The position numbers and the translations under genes were made by a program. 64,000 bases of DNA from a virus (taxonomy: Duplodnaviria; Caudoviricetes), in the IMG/VR virus record IMGVR_UViG_3300037507_003370, positions 128,001 to 192,000 of that record. One strand, written 5' to 3'. The stretch's first letter is position 1. Each line of letters begins with the position of its first letter. Below, in pieces: positions 63,431-64,000 of the stretch. Under the pieces are notes generated by a model, which saw nothing but the letters and a program-made list of their open reading frames with translations, was not told where the DNA came from and made no database searches.

Positions 63431-63837
63431 ACAGCCTGCTCTCTTTGTTTCAATTTGATCAACTTATGCTTGATTTTCCAAACACCGGTTTCCTTATTTT
63501 GAATATCTCCACCCATATAAATATGGGCGATACCACCGCTCTTATCAATTCCCCATGCAAGGATACCTTTATCGTCAATTCTTTCTACAACAAATCGACC
63601 CCTATATCCCATAGGAATAAATTCACCTGTCTTGGAAAGATAGTACGGCCCGCCACCAACTTTGATTCTGTCGCCTTTAATCAATTCACGCCAATTTACC
63701 TTATGAATTTGCTTAATGCTTTTTGCTTCTTTGCCCTTTGGCTTGAATACAAAAATATGATTACATTTTGCACACGAATAAGCACGGGGGCCAGTTTCAT
63801 AAGAACAATTCGGACAGGTCTTTTTACCTTTAGGCAT
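63427..63837 (-). CDS. Zn-ribbon hypothetical protein
   Basis: MPKGKKTCPNC...GPR...CAKC; SD AGGAG. Confidence 0.7.
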   Translation of the reverse strand: MPKGKKTCPNCSYETGPRAYSCAKCNHIFVFKPKGKEAKSIKQIHKVNWRELIKGDRIKVGGGPYYLSKTGEFIPMGYRGRFVVERIDDKGILAWGIDKSGGIAHIYMGGDIQNKETGVWKIKHKLIKLKQREQAV

Positions 63838-63867
63838 CGTTTTCTCCTGTGTTAGTGGTATGCTCCT

Positions 63868-63895
63868 AGTATAGCATGAGTATCGGCGTTGTCAA
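63868..63895 (-). promoter_or_regulatory. sigma70-type promoter
   Basis: TTGACA-ACGCCGATA..TGC(16 nt)-TATACT. Confidence 0.75.
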
Positions 63896-63905
63896 GCCGG
63901 TTTCT

Positions 63906-64000
63906 TTAAGATTTTCTGCAACCGTCACAAAGAGTGCTAATCCAGCCATTTTCATTTGGACTTCCTCTGTCTCCACAAACTTCACAAATCTTATAACTCA
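63906..64000 (-). CDS. C-terminal end of a Cys-motif protein (truncated by window edge)
   Basis: ...SYKICEVCGDRGSPNENGWISTLCDGCRKS*. Confidence 0.65.
   Translation of the reverse strand, partial: SYKICEVCGDRGSPNENGWISTLCDGCRKS

Noticed and set aside
1074-63855. Many short (60-150 aa) opposite-strand or nested ORFs in the track
   Set aside because: They lie inside convincing genes and show low-complexity antisense composition.
1-64000. Stop-codon reassignment, inteins, CRISPR arrays, DGR
   Set aside because: Conserved genes (RNR, RecA, ligase, rIIA) are uninterrupted in code 11 and of normal length; no repeat-spacer arrays, RT or intein motifs seen.

Overview
This looks like 64 kb of a large, AT-rich dsDNA bacteriophage genome (jumbo/huge-phage type; host not determinable from this window). 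Genes are densely packed and all on the minus strand except one 6.7-kb plus-strand block. Phage hallmarks are rIIA/rIIB, endonuclease VII, a phage sigma factor, PhoH, and tRNAs and a tmRNA lacking an encoded CCA. Replication and repair genes: DnaB, RecA, RuvB, ATP-dependent ligase, a RepB-like primase and an HhH glycosylase. Nucleotide metabolism: class II RNR, dCMP deaminase, GuaC and an NDT-like enzyme. There are about 20 glycosylation-related genes and five proteases. RNA genes are tRNA-Leu(UAA) split by a 197-nt group I intron, tRNA-Ile(UAU) and a tmRNA. The most unusual observations are: an unannotated tRNA-like RNA between rIIB and the primase; an actin-fold ATPase embedded among putatively secreted proteases; RuvB paired with a Zn-ribbon/RuvA-domain-III hybrid instead of RuvA; a PLOD-GT/epimerase/GT25 triad resembling collagen glycosylation; DeoC and bacterioferritin homologues that have lost catalytic residues; a 78-nt hairpin ahead of tRNA-Leu; and two distinct promoter classes. 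All family assignments come from motifs read by eye, not from database searches.
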